A stretch of DNA of 64,000 bases from assembly GCA_910586735.1 (NCBI GenBank), contig CAJUJW010000001.1, positions 19,928 through 83,927 on the forward strand. Reading direction: 5' to 3'. A program made the position numbers and the translations under genes. Below, piece after piece: positions 19,748 to 30,100 of this stretch. The notes below the pieces were generated by a model that did no database searches, was not told where the DNA came from, and was given only the letters and a program-made list of their open reading frames with translations. Positions within the stretch are counted from its first letter, which is position 1; each line of letters starts with the position of its first letter. Origin of the DNA: an uncultured Oscillibacter sp. GTDB taxonomy: Bacteria; Bacillota; Clostridia; Oscillospirales; Oscillospiraceae.

Positions 19748-21289
19748 TCAGCGGGCTTCCGCCTCGTCGGAAATCATGTAGTCCTTGCTCTTCAGCGCCC
19801 GCGCGCCGTTTCGGAAGACGGAGAGCACCACCACAATCTGCACGAAGGCGATGGGCAGGCCGATGATGACCCACATGCCCTTGACCGAGCCGACGCCGCC
19901 GGAGGCCACCAGGATGTAGGCGATGGCGCCCATGATCACGCCGATGAGGATTTTAATCTGTCGGGGGGGCTCGTCGTCCACGCTCAGGCCCTTGACGCTC
20001 ATGGTGGCGCAGGCGGCGGCCATGGGGTCCGCCAGAGTGGAGAAGCTGGTGCAGATGGCCACCAGGAACACCACGATCAGCAGCTTGCCCAGGGGGAAGC
20101 TGTCCAGAATGTAGAAGATGGTGGCTTCCATGCCGTTTGTGCTCACGGCGTTCCAGATGTCAAAGGTCCCGGAGACCTGCATGTTGATGGCCACGCCGCC
20201 GAAGACGGCAATCCAGACCATGCAGAAGATGGAGGGGGCCAGAACGTTGACCAGGATGAACTGCCGGAGGGTGCGGCCCTTGGCCATGCGGCTGAGGAAC
20301 ATGCCGATGATGGGGGCGTAAACGATGAAGGACGCCCAATACTGAATCTCCCAGTCGGCGGCCCAGCTGTCGCCGGGGGCCATGGTGCTGAGGATGGCAG
20401 TGCGCTCCAGGGGGTGGTCCAGCAGGGCGGCGATGGCCTCGGTGCCCAAGTTGGCGGAGAAGACCGAGGGCCCGAAGATGACCACGTAAATCAGGATGCC
20501 GATGAAGGCGATGGTGGTGAAGGAGGACATCTTCTTCAGCCCCGTCCCGATGCCGGAGACGCAGGAGAGGGTAAACACCACGGTGATGATGACCGCCACC
20601 ACCAGCCAGACCACCGGATTGGGGGTGATGCCCAGCAGGTTGGACAGTCCCGCGCCGATCTGCATCAGGCCCACGCCCATGGAGCAGGCCACGGCGCCGC
20701 ACATGGTGAAGATGCTCAGGCCGTGGATGAAGGTCTCCAGACCCTCGGACTTCTTGCCGATGGCGCTGTCCAGAACGGGGCCGAAGGCCAGGGGCTTTTT
20801 CATGTTGTACGCCGTCAGGGCGAAGGCCACGGCGCAGATGGTGTACAGGCAGTACTGGGGAATGGACCACTGCCACATGGCCTGGGAGATGGCGAAGATG
20901 GCCGCGTCCCGGCTGCCCGGGTCCACGCCCGCCGCCACCGGGGGCGTCATGAAGTGGTACATGGGCTCGCCCATGGCCCAGAAGAGCAGGCCGGTTCCAA
21001 TGCCGCCGCACAGGGACATGGTGATCCAGTTCCAGGTCTTATAGGCGGGGACCGCGTCGGGGCCGCCGATTTTGATGTCCCCGATTTTGGAAAGGGCCAG
21101 CACGAAGGTCAGAATGATGATGATAATGGTGAACAGGCAGAAGAACCAGCCGCCGAAATCCGCCATGCCGTACAAAATGGCGGACAGCAGGGAGCCCAGC
21201 GCTTCCGTCTGGAGGACGCCGTAGCCAATAAAAATCGCGAGGACTGCCAGCGCCGGCCATAGAGCCGCGTGATTGATTTTCTTACCCAA
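19748..21289 (-). CDS. BCCT family transporter
   Basis: GIGTGLLFWAMGEP and FLSRMAKGRTLRQF motifs; TTG start with GGAGG RBS. Confidence 0.9.
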   Translation of the reverse strand: MGKKINHAALWPALAVLAIFIGYGVLQTEALGSLLSAILYGMADFGGWFFCLFTIIIIILTFVLALSKIGDIKIGGPDAVPAYKTWNWITMSLCGGIGTGLLFWAMGEPMYHFMTPPVAAGVDPGSRDAAIFAISQAMWQWSIPQYCLYTICAVAFALTAYNMKKPLAFGPVLDSAIGKKSEGLETFIHGLSIFTMCGAVACSMGVGLMQIGAGLSNLLGITPNPVVWLVVAVIITVVFTLSCVSGIGTGLKKMSSFTTIAFIGILIYVVIFGPSVFSANLGTEAIAALLDHPLERTAILSTMAPGDSWAADWEIQYWASFIVYAPIIGMFLSRMAKGRTLRQFILVNVLAPSIFCMVWIAVFGGVAINMQVSGTFDIWNAVSTNGMEATIFYILDSFPLGKLLIVVFLVAICTSFSTLADPMAAACATMSVKGLSVDDEPPRQIKILIGVIMGAIAYILVASGGVGSVKGMWVIIGLPIAFVQIVVVLSVFRNGARALKSKDYMISDEAEAR

Positions 21290-21360
21290 AAGATCCTCCT
21301 ATTCTCTATTGGGCTTCCGCCCCCGCCGGGGAGGCGGAAACCGCTTGTTCCCCTCTTCTC

Positions 21361-21786
21361 TCAGTAGTAGATGTCGATCTCGTCCCTGTCCTCGAAAAAT
21401 TCCACTTCCCTGGCCCCCTCCAGCTTGGCGTAGTCCTCCTCGCTGATGTTGACCACCGGGATGCTGACTCCGTAAAAGCGCTTGGCGATCAGGGGGCCCG
21501 TGAGCACGACGGGGTCGCTGCGCACGTTGATGATGGCCGCCGGGGCGCAGTGGGTCCGCACCTGCTCCAGAATGATCAGCCCGGTGCCGCTGCTGCCCTT
21601 GGGCGTGGGGAATGCAAAGACCTTGCCGGACATGTTCTGCATGTAGTTGGGGTGGCGGTTGTCACGGATCAAACCGCTCTGGGGGTCCACGGTGCCCCAG
21701 AAGCTGATGGGCTCGTTGGACCAAAGCAATTCCGCCCGCACGTTGCCGGAAACAGCGGTTTTGCACTTCACTGTCACTTTCTCCAT
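21361..21786 (-). CDS. Aconitase X small (swivel, DUF126) subunit
   Basis: ISFWGTVDP.SG.I, KGSSG and APAAII motifs. Confidence 0.85.
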   Translation of the reverse strand: MEKVTVKCKTAVSGNVRAELLWSNEPISFWGTVDPQSGLIRDNRHPNYMQNMSGKVFAFPTPKGSSGTGLIILEQVRTHCAPAAIINVRSDPVVLTGPLIAKRFYGVSIPVVNISEEDYAKLEGAREVEFFEDRDEIDIYY

Positions 21787-23039
21787 GGCTTAGCCTCCTT
21801 TACCACCTTGCCCGCCACGGCGGACTCGATGCAGTCCTTCATGCTGCCAAAGACCGGCTGGATGCCCCTCATGGAGAAGCAGTAGGTGTCGAACTTGCCG
21901 GAGTTGGACATCATGGTGTTTGTTCCCAGTTTCTTGTTCCGGTATTCCAGGATGCAGCCGTCGCTGTAGACTTCCACGCCCAGGCGGACCAGGTCCTCGT
22001 AGACGCCGCTGTCCTTCAGGCGGTCCACAACGCTTCTGGGCGTGATGAGCCAGAAGGTGGTGTTGCCGTTGACCCTGCGGCCCCGGAAGAGGTCCCGCAC
22101 CATGACGCACTCGTTGTAGGAGGCGTGGGGACAGCCCAGGACCACCGCGTCCAGGTCCGTGACATCCGGATTGGTGATCTGCCGCTCGGCATTGGCCAGG
22201 TCCTCCAGGTGAATCTCCACGGTCTCCTGGGGCGCCTTGCCGCCGAAAGCCTGCTCCATGGTCTGGGCCTCCGGGGTGACGCCGATCATATGGAACAGCG
22301 CGATGCCGCCGGAGGAGGCCGCCGTTGCGCTGAACTGCTTGAGAATCTCGTTGGTGACGCCCAGAGTGGGCATGCCGCTGATGGCCCAGACCCGGTCCTT
22401 CACAATGGAGCCGAAGGCGTAGGAGATCAGGTTGAAGATGCTCTCGTCCACGAAATACTCCGGCTTGATGTCGTCTCCCAGCTTGACCAGCCCCTGGGCA
22501 TAGCGGTTCTCCGGCACGTGGAGCCCGAAGTAGGGGACCCGCCCGGCGATGCCGCACAGCAGCTCCAGCGGCCCGGCGTAGCGGTTGGTCCGGGCGCCGA
22601 TGATGGAGTTATAGTAGCAGATGACGTTGGACTCCGCGCTGGCGAACTGCTGGCCGAAGGAAGGCGCGACGCCGATGTGATACGGCGCGCAGGACCAGGT
22701 GGGAACCGCGCCCATCTTGATGTGGGAGGCCTCAATCCGCCTTGTGGCGGACATCACCTCAATGTCGTGCTTCTGCCGGTCCCAGAGATTGATGTCGCAG
22801 GCCGCGGCGTTGGTGGTGGTGGGCACGGCGAATTTCGCTCCCTTTTCCGCCAGCATTTCCGCAAAGGCCACCTGTGCCTCACCCGCGTAGACTGTGCTGT
22901 CGTCGTGGCACCCCACGATCTCCACGAATTGATCCACATCGTAGAATGTGGCCAGGTCATAGAGGGCCTGGAGCGCCTGCTGGCGGATTTCCCCATGATC
23001 ACCGTTCAGCATAGCCTTCTCATAGTCTGTCAGTCTCAT
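21774..23039 (-). CDS. Aconitase X catalytic (DUF521) subunit
   Basis: M.LTDYEKAML.G, WSCAPY, AESN, GARTNR, LGCPH and NSGKF motifs. Confidence 0.87.
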   Translation of the reverse strand: MRLTDYEKAMLNGDHGEIRQQALQALYDLATFYDVDQFVEIVGCHDDSTVYAGEAQVAFAEMLAEKGAKFAVPTTTNAAACDINLWDRQKHDIEVMSATRRIEASHIKMGAVPTWSCAPYHIGVAPSFGQQFASAESNVICYYNSIIGARTNRYAGPLELLCGIAGRVPYFGLHVPENRYAQGLVKLGDDIKPEYFVDESIFNLISYAFGSIVKDRVWAISGMPTLGVTNEILKQFSATAASSGGIALFHMIGVTPEAQTMEQAFGGKAPQETVEIHLEDLANAERQITNPDVTDLDAVVLGCPHASYNECVMVRDLFRGRRVNGNTTFWLITPRSVVDRLKDSGVYEDLVRLGVEVYSDGCILEYRNKKLGTNTMMSNSGKFDTYCFSMRGIQPVFGSMKDCIESAVAGKVVKEAKPWRK

Positions 23040-23219
23040 GCTTTTCCTCCTTCTAATTTTATTATCATGCACCGGGCGGGGCCTTGGGCAAACAGAGAGA
23101 CGGCGGGGAAGGGGACGCCAAAGCCCGCCTGGAAACATCTGAGGGAGAGCGCGGAACACGGGCCGGGGCGTGGAGAGCGCCGGCCGCTTCGGCACGCCGG
23201 CGGCCCGTGTTCCGCGGAT

Positions 23220-23756
23220 TTACAGCTTGCTCACGTTTTCAAAGCCCTGGCGATAGCACTCCAGGTTTGCGGGGTTGGCATGGCCCTTCTTTCCAAAGAA
23301 GGACTCCAGCCCCTCCCGGAAAGCCTGGTCGTCCATCAGCCCCGTGACCTTGATCAGTGCGCCCAGCATCACCAGGTTGGCCGCCCGGCCGTTTCCGGCG
23401 GCGTTGGCCATGTCCGTAGCCGCCACGCCGTAAACCTGAACGCCCTCGGGCGGAGTCTGGGGGGACACGAGGGAGGTGTTGACCAGCGCCACGCCGCCCG
23501 GCCGCATCTGGGAGATGAACTTGCCGTAGGACGGGTCGTTCATGGCCAGGAGGATGTCCAGCTTGGAGGGGTAGGGGCTGCCGATCTCCTCGTCGGAGAT
23601 GACGACGCTGCAGCTGGCCGTGCCGCCCCGCATCTCCGCGCCGTAGGAGGAGGTCCAGCTGACGTTTTTCCCCTGCCGGGCCGCCACGTCGATTAAAATC
23701 TTGCCCGCAGTCAGGATGCCCTGGCCGCCGAAGCCCGCCATGATGATATCCGCCAT
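23220..23756 (-). CDS. 2-oxoacid:ferredoxin oxidoreductase gamma subunit
   Basis: AGFGGQG, SYGAEMRGG and ANLVMLGA motifs. Confidence 0.92.
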   Translation of the reverse strand: MADIIMAGFGGQGILTAGKILIDVAARQGKNVSWTSSYGAEMRGGTASCSVVISDEEIGSPYPSKLDILLAMNDPSYGKFISQMRPGGVALVNTSLVSPQTPPEGVQVYGVAATDMANAAGNGRAANLVMLGALIKVTGLMDDQAFREGLESFFGKKGHANPANLECYRQGFENVSKL

Positions 23757-24496
23757 TATTCCGCACCTCCTCTGTCCGTGTACACGCCCACCGGGAACAC
23801 CGCCTCGTTTTCGGTTTTGATTTTCTCCATGGCGGCTTCCGGGGTCATCTTCCAGTTGGTGGGGCAGGGGGAGAGCACCTCGATGATGGAGAAGCCCCGG
23901 CTGGCCAGCTGGTTTTCAAAGCCCTTTTTGATGTACTGCTTGGTCTGCTCGATATGTTTGGCGTCGTACAGGGCCCCCCGGGCGGCAAAGGCGATGTCGA
24001 AGGAGGACAGGGCCTTGAGCATGTCCACCGGGTGGCCGGAGGTCTCCCGCTTGCGGCCGGACCGGCTGCTGAGGGTTTTGTCGCCGATGAGGGTGGTGGC
24101 CAGGTTCATCTGTCCCCCTGTCATGCCGAAGATTCCGTTGTTTACCACCACCATGGTGATGGGCACGTCCCGAATCGCCGTGTAGCAGGTCTCCGCCAGG
24201 CCGATGACATAGGAGCAGCCGTCCCCGGCGTGGACGTATACGGTGGAGTCCGGCCGGACCTTCTTGACACCCGTGGCCACAGAGGCGCAGCGCCCGTGGG
24301 GGCCGGCGATGGCGTCGAAGTTCAGGGCGTCCAGGGACCAGTAGGCGCAGGCGATGTCCACCACGTTGACCACGTTGTTCGTGACCCCCAGCTCCTCCAG
24401 GCACTCGGCAATCAGACGCTGAATGATTCCGTGTCCGCAGCCGCCGCAGTATCCGGCGGGCTGAAGAATCGACTCCGGCTTCTTATAACTAGGCAT
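23756..24496 (-). CDS. 2-oxoacid:ferredoxin oxidoreductase beta (TPP-binding) subunit
   Basis: YCGGCGHG, GDG...NNGIFGMTGGQ and SPCPTNW motifs. Confidence 0.92.
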   Translation of the reverse strand: MPSYKKPESILQPAGYCGGCGHGIIQRLIAECLEELGVTNNVVNVVDIACAYWSLDALNFDAIAGPHGRCASVATGVKKVRPDSTVYVHAGDGCSYVIGLAETCYTAIRDVPITMVVVNNGIFGMTGGQMNLATTLIGDKTLSSRSGRKRETSGHPVDMLKALSSFDIAFAARGALYDAKHIEQTKQYIKKGFENQLASRGFSIIEVLSPCPTNWKMTPEAAMEKIKTENEAVFPVGVYTDRGGAE

Positions 24497-25573
24497 TTAC
24501 AGCACCTCCATAGGCTGGTGCGCACCAGCGATGATTCCGCGGCAGTAGTCGATGATCCCCTCCGCGGTGGGCAGGTTCAGCGTGGTGAGGCAGGCGTAAA
24601 CCGGCTTGCGGAACCGGGTCGCCAGCAGGATGTCCTGGCCCATCTGGGCGCTGAGGCTCATCTCCACGGAGACATAGCCCTTCAGGCCCTCGGGGGCGTG
24701 GGCGAAGGCCTTTTCGGGATAGGGCCACACGGAAATCGGACGGATGAGGCCCAGGCGCAGCCCCTCGCTCCTGGCCTGCCGGACGGCGCTTTTGCACACC
24801 CGGGAGGAGATGCCGTAGGCCACCAGAATCAGCTCCGCGTCGTCCGTCATGAATTCTTCCCAGCGCTGTTCCTGGTCATGCATGGTCTTGAACTTGTTCC
24901 GGAGATAGCGCTCAGCGGCCTCGTAGCCGATGGTCCGGTCCAGGTTGGTGACCTTGTTTTTGGGGTCGTCCTTTTTGTGGTTTCCGATGGTCCAGTCGAA
25001 TTGGTTGATGTCGTGCTCCCGCGCCTGGGGCAGATGGCACTTTTCAATCATCTGGCTGATGGCCCCGTCGGTGAGGATCAGCACCACGTTGCGGTATTTC
25101 TCCGCCAGGTCGAAGGCCTCGTAGGTCAGCGCCGCGCACTCGTCCACGCTGGCGGGGGCCAGGACAATCTGGCGGCTGTCGCCGTGGCCGCCGCCCCGGA
25201 CGGCCTCCCAATAGGAATCCTGGCCCGCGGTAATCTCACCGTCGCCGGTGCCGTACCGCATGGCGCAGACGATGACTGCCGGGAGGTTGTAGGACGAGAG
25301 ATAGGAGATGCCCTCCTGCTTCAGGTCAAAGCCCGGCCCGGAGGAGCTGGACATGCACCGGGCCCCGGCGGCCGCCGCGCCCCAGAGCATGCTCATGCTG
25401 GCGATTTCGTTTTCACCCTGGATGAACACGCCGCCGTGCTTTTCCATGTTGGCCGACATGTACTCCAGAATCTCGCTCTGGGGGGTGATGGGATAGCCGG
25501 CGTAAAAGCGGCAGCCGGCCCTCAGCGCGGCCTCGGCAATGGCCTCGTTGCCCTTCATCAATACGTAATCCAT
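24497..25573 (-). CDS. 2-oxoacid:ferredoxin oxidoreductase alpha subunit (VorB-like)
   Basis: MKGNEAIAEAA, GYPITPQSE, SSSGPG and GGGHGD motifs. Confidence 0.92.
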   Translation of the reverse strand: MDYVLMKGNEAIAEAALRAGCRFYAGYPITPQSEILEYMSANMEKHGGVFIQGENEIASMSMLWGAAAAGARCMSSSSGPGFDLKQEGISYLSSYNLPAVIVCAMRYGTGDGEITAGQDSYWEAVRGGGHGDSRQIVLAPASVDECAALTYEAFDLAEKYRNVVLILTDGAISQMIEKCHLPQAREHDINQFDWTIGNHKKDDPKNKVTNLDRTIGYEAAERYLRNKFKTMHDQEQRWEEFMTDDAELILVAYGISSRVCKSAVRQARSEGLRLGLIRPISVWPYPEKAFAHAPEGLKGYVSVEMSLSAQMGQDILLATRFRKPVYACLTTLNLPTAEGIIDYCRGIIAGAHQPMEVL

Positions 25574-25598
25574 AGATCAGCAGCACCTCTTTTCAAAT

Positions 25599-25796
25599 TC
25601 ACTCAACCGTAAACACGTAGTCCGGGCACACCTTGTAGCAAATCCCGCACCCAATGCACAGCGCCTCGTCCACCCGAATGATTTCGTACCCTTTTTTGTT
25701 GACCGTATCCAGGGGAATGATCGCCTTCCTGGGGCAGTTCCCCACGCACAGCCTGCATCCCTTGCACAATTCGACATTCGCTTTTGCCTTCCCCAT
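25599..25796 (-). CDS. 2x[4Fe-4S] ferredoxin (oxidoreductase delta subunit)
   Basis: CKGCRLCVGNCP and CIGCGICYKVCP motifs. Confidence 0.9.
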   Translation of the reverse strand: MGKAKANVELCKGCRLCVGNCPRKAIIPLDTVNKKGYEIIRVDEALCIGCGICYKVCPDYVFTVE

Positions 25797-26069
25797 TTTT
25801 TCGCCTCCATCAATGAATTCTGACATGGAATTTCATTTATTTGTTCTGCGGTATCACTTTTGCTATTCTGGTTTCATTTTACAACACTTTGCGGAAAATG
25901 TAAATACACAAAATTACTTTTGTAGACATAAACAAACAAATTAAAACAAATTACGACTTTACAATAAATACTATGTGATTTTTGAAACCGCCGTTCTAGG
26001 ATTGACTTTTTTGGGGGTCTGGGGTATAATTATTGACAATTTAAGTGGAGGATGAGGAGTTGTCTGCCT

Positions 26070-26843
26070 ATGTCTGAACCCAAGAGCCCCGGCTCTGTGC
26101 AGGTGATTGACCGCACGTTTAAAATACTGGAGACCATCGCCCGGAACGGCAACGTAAGCCTCAAGGATATCTATACCACGCTGGGGCTGAACAAGGCGTC
26201 CACCCTGCGGATTGTCACCGCCCTGTGCAGCAACGGCTATGTTTACCGGGACTCCGTGGGCGGGAATTACTCCCTCACCTTCAAAGCCTTTGAGGTGGGC
26301 GTCTACGCCGTGCGGAACGTGAATTACATCAGCTTTATCAAGAGCTTCCTGGAGCAGATGTCCTCCGACCTGGGAGTGATTGCCCAGTTTTCCGTGGAGG
26401 ACAACAACGAGCTCCTCTGCCTGGAGAGCTACGATCCCACGGGAAGCAGCTTTTCCGTCTACACCCGGGTGGGGCAGCGTTCGCCCCTGTACTCCACAAG
26501 CGCCGGAAAGGCCATCCTCAGCACCTATTCAAACGACGAGATCCGGGCGAAGTGGCCCGCCATGAACGTCCGCGCCTTTACCCGAAATACGATTACCTCC
26601 CTGGACGCCCTGCTGCAGGACATCGGCCAGATTCGCCAGCGGAACTACGCCATGGACAACGAGGAGAGCGAGCCGGGGCTGTTCTGCATCGGGACCGTGC
26701 TGCTCAATTACAACCGGCGTCCCATCGGCGCCATCAGCCTGTCCACCAACCGCATGACGGAGGAGATTCAGCAGAACCTCAGCAGCGCCCTGCTGGACCA
26801 GTCCCGGCAGCTGTCCTATATGCTGGGGTACTCCGTGCGCTGA
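26070..26843 (+). CDS. IclR family transcriptional regulator
   Basis: SVQVIDR..ILE HTH, PLYSTSAGKAILS and YAMDNEESEPG motifs; divergent from the oxidoreductase operon. Confidence 0.92.
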   Translation: MSEPKSPGSVQVIDRTFKILETIARNGNVSLKDIYTTLGLNKASTLRIVTALCSNGYVYRDSVGGNYSLTFKAFEVGVYAVRNVNYISFIKSFLEQMSSDLGVIAQFSVEDNNELLCLESYDPTGSSFSVYTRVGQRSPLYSTSAGKAILSTYSNDEIRAKWPAMNVRAFTRNTITSLDALLQDIGQIRQRNYAMDNEESEPGLFCIGTVLLNYNRRPIGAISLSTNRMTEEIQQNLSSALLDQSRQLSYMLGYSVR

Positions 26844-26868
26844 CGGGGGAGTGACGGAGAATAAAACG

Positions 26869-26900
26869 AAAGCCCGCCTTTGATAAGGCGGGCTTTGCTT
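26869..26900. terminator. Intrinsic terminator
   Basis: AAAGCCCGCCTT/AAGGCGGGCTTT stem. Confidence 0.7.
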
Positions 26901-26982
26901 GTCTGGTTAGAAAAAGGGAGAGGGGACCCGGCTGTACCGGTCTGATTCTTGCCGGAATGCCCATCTGCATTGCGCCGGTGGA

Positions 26983-27090
26983 TTACAAATCGCCTTTGGA
27001 GGACCGATTCTCCAATGCCCTGTAGTCCACCTTTCCAATAGGCGTAAGTGGAAGCGACGCGCAGAATACAAGATGATAGCTGTGGATGGC
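26983..27090 (-). pseudogene. C-terminal remnant of an AMP-binding (acyl-CoA synthetase) gene
   Basis: Minus frame reads HLVFCASLPLTPIGKVDYRALENRSSKGDL*, matching the ANL-superfamily A10 motif. Confidence 0.65.
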
Positions 27091-27143
27091 AAAAAATCCC
27101 CCGCCTGCCGGACGGCATGGACCTGTCCGGCAAGCGGGGGAAC
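27091..27143 (-). terminator. Terminator of the MMPL operon
   Basis: CCCCCGCTTGCCGGAC/GTCCGGCAGGCGGGGG stem followed by TTTTTT on the minus strand. Confidence 0.75.
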
Positions 27144-27145
27144 TT

Positions 27146-30100
27146 TTATTTCGCCTCCGGCTCCGCCTGTTTCTCCGGGGCCTTGGCGTTTTTTTTCACC
27201 CGCTGGCGCTTCCCTATCATCAGCGCAAGCGCCGCCAGCGCGGCCACGCCGCTTACGGCGGAGGGAATCAGCCACGGGACGCCTTGGGCGGGAGCGATGT
27301 TGAAGGTCCCGCGGGGGCCTCTCATCGTCACGATCAAATAACTGCCGTTGGCCTCGGCGTCCAGGAGGACCCACTGTCCGTCCTGATACCGCCGGACCTC
27401 GGCCCGGCCCCCTGTGGTGTTCAAAAGTCGCAGCGCCACTTCCTCCCCCTGTTCCAGGTCCGCGCCGGTGAGGGAGACATCCCACAAAACCCCCTCCGTT
27501 GGGGCCGTGGAGGACAGAGCGGGTTGAACATGGAGGACGGCCTCCTCGGTGAACCGCCCCTCCGCCAGGGCCAGGGCCAGCTTGCCCTCCCGCGTCTCCC
27601 GGCTGGCCAGGAGGGTGACCCAGGGTGTGTACACCGCCTCCACGGTAACATCGGAACGCACGCCGGAGGCGTCGAACGCCGGCCACACGCCGTAGCAACC
27701 CTCCTTCTCCGGCACCTCGGGGAGGGTGAGGCGGGTCAGGTCGTCCCCGTAGAAGAAGGGAAGCCGGGCCGCCGTCTCTCCGTCCGCCGTCAGGGTCAGG
27801 GTGAAGGCGGTGAACTCCGCCGGGGCGTCGGGCAGGGCGGCCAGCTCCTCAAAGGGGACCGGCTCCGCCCGGCCCGCGTAGCTGACGCCGTCCACACCGG
27901 CCCAGCCGGTGTCCACGAAGCGGTTCCCGGACAGGACGCCGCCCTCCTCCGCCCATCCGGCTACGGCGCCCAGGTACTCCGTTCCCTCCAGGATGGTAGC
28001 GATGGCCCGGCAGTCCCGCAAACGTCCGGTCCAGCCGGCGACGCCGCCCACGTAGTTCCCGCCGGACAGGGTATTCTTGGCCCAGCAGCTCCTGATGGAG
28101 GCGTCCGCCCACCCGGCGATACCGCCCACGTAGTTCCCCCCGGTGCTGGTCACGGGGCCGTAGCTCTGGCAGTCCAGGGCGGCGCCCAGGTCCATCCGGC
28201 CCGCGACGCCTCCGGCGCAGTCCTTCTTGGCGGTGACGCTTCCCCGGTTCACGCAGCCCTGGAGGACCGCCTTTGTCTCATAGGTGGCGCCCAGGGACAG
28301 CTCGATGTCGTCCTCCGGGTCCAGGTCCACCTCCACCGCCACGGCTCCCGCGACGCCGCCCACGTTCCGGTCGCCCTCCACGGCCCCGGTGTTGGTGCAG
28401 TCGGCCGCCTTGCCCTCCCGGGTGGCGGCGATGTCCTCGTCGGAGGTGTCCTGGACGAGGCCCCCCTCCTGCCGCCGCTGGTCCAGGTTGTCTACGGCGT
28501 CCATCATCACATTGCAGATAATGCTGAACTGGCGGCTGACGGCCCGCAGGTCGCCGGTCAGGGTGTGGTTCCCGCTCTGGACGGCGCGGTTCAGCTCCTC
28601 CATCTCAACCGACAGCCCGCCCAGGGCGTCATAGAGGCTGCCGCCGGCCTCCCGGGCCTCCTCGCCCAGGCTGGTGAACCGGGCGGGGCCGTTTTGGGTC
28701 AGCTGGTCCACGCCGTCGCCGATGGACCGGAAGGCGCTTTTCAGCAGCCGCCCGATGGCGGCGGAGGATTGGGTGGTATCCTGGAGGTCCTCCAGGGCGT
28801 CCCCCAGCTGGCCCGGCATGTCCCCGGCCGCTTCCATGGCCCGCTGGAGGCCGGTCAGGGCCCCGTCCAGGCGGTTTCCCGCGCCCTTCACGCTGTCAAA
28901 GGCCCGATGAATCTCCGCCCGGATCGCCGCCAGCTCCTCCCGGGAGGGGAGGGAGGGGGACCCGTCGGGAAACACCGCGTCGCGGACGGCGTCCAGCGCC
29001 GCCCGGAACCTCTGCACAGCCGCGTCCAGTTCCGCCCGGCTCTGGCGCAGGTCCCCGGCGGAGGAGCGGAGAACGTCAAAGACCGTCCCGCCGGTCTCCG
29101 CCGCCCCCTCCAGGTCCTGGAGGGCCCGGTCCAGCTGCTGGGACAGCCGGTCCAGCCGCTCTCCCGCGCCGGACAGGTCGTCCAGGGCGGGGGAGATTTT
29201 GTCCAGGGCGTTGGTCACGTCGGCGGCCAGGGTGTTGACCTCCGCCACGTTTTCGTCCACAAAGTCCGCGGCGCGGTCCAGCAGGCGCTTGGAGCTCTCC
29301 CGGGCGGCGTCGGTGAAGCCGCCCATGGCGGTGAGCCGGGCGGAAATCCGGTCTCCGGTGCTCCCGGCGTCGCTGAGGGCCCGGTTGATCAGCCGGTCCA
29401 GGGTGTCCAGCTCGGCGCGCAGGCGGTCCAGGGTCTGGGGGCCGGGGTCCAGCACCAGCCAGGGTTCCGCCTGGCCCACGACACCGCCCACGTCCTTCCG
29501 GCCGTGGATGGTCCCGTTGTTGACGCACCCGGCCAGATAGCCCGACTGGCGGCCCACAATGCCCCCGGTGTTGTAGCCCACGTGGGGATAGCCCACGTCT
29601 CCGTCGTTGACACAGCTCTGCACCACGCCGTCCGACAGGCCCGCGATGCCCCCGGTGTCGGCGCAGCCGTCCGTCAGGCGGAGGGCCCCGCCGCCGCCCG
29701 AGGCCAGCTCCTCCAGAACCGCCTCCTCCCCGGACTGGTCCGAGGCGGAGCGGGTCAGGTTGACCCCGGCGCGGTTGGCGCAGTTCAGCAGGAGCCCGGC
29801 GTTCCGGCCCGCGACGCCCCCGGTGCAGTCCTGGCCGCTGACGGAGCCGGAGACGGTACACCCGATGATCTGTCCCTGGGCCTCGTTGTGCCCGGCAATG
29901 CCGCCCACGGCGCTCTCCCCCCGCACCGTGCCGGAGAAGGCGCAGTTTTGCAGCGTCCCGGCGTTCCGGCCTGCGATGCCGCCCACGGTGGAGCGGGTGC
30001 CCTCCGGGGCCACGGTTCCCTTCACGGTCAGGTTCCGCACCGCCGCCCCCGGCTGGACATAGCGGAACAGACCCACGGTGGAGCCGGAGGCGGTGAGGGA

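Noticed and set aside
12531-23215. GC-rich intergenic hairpins at 12531-12560, 19673-19722 and 23151-23215 as a repeat family
   Set aside because: They share no sequence with each other; probably ordinary mRNA-stabilising stems.
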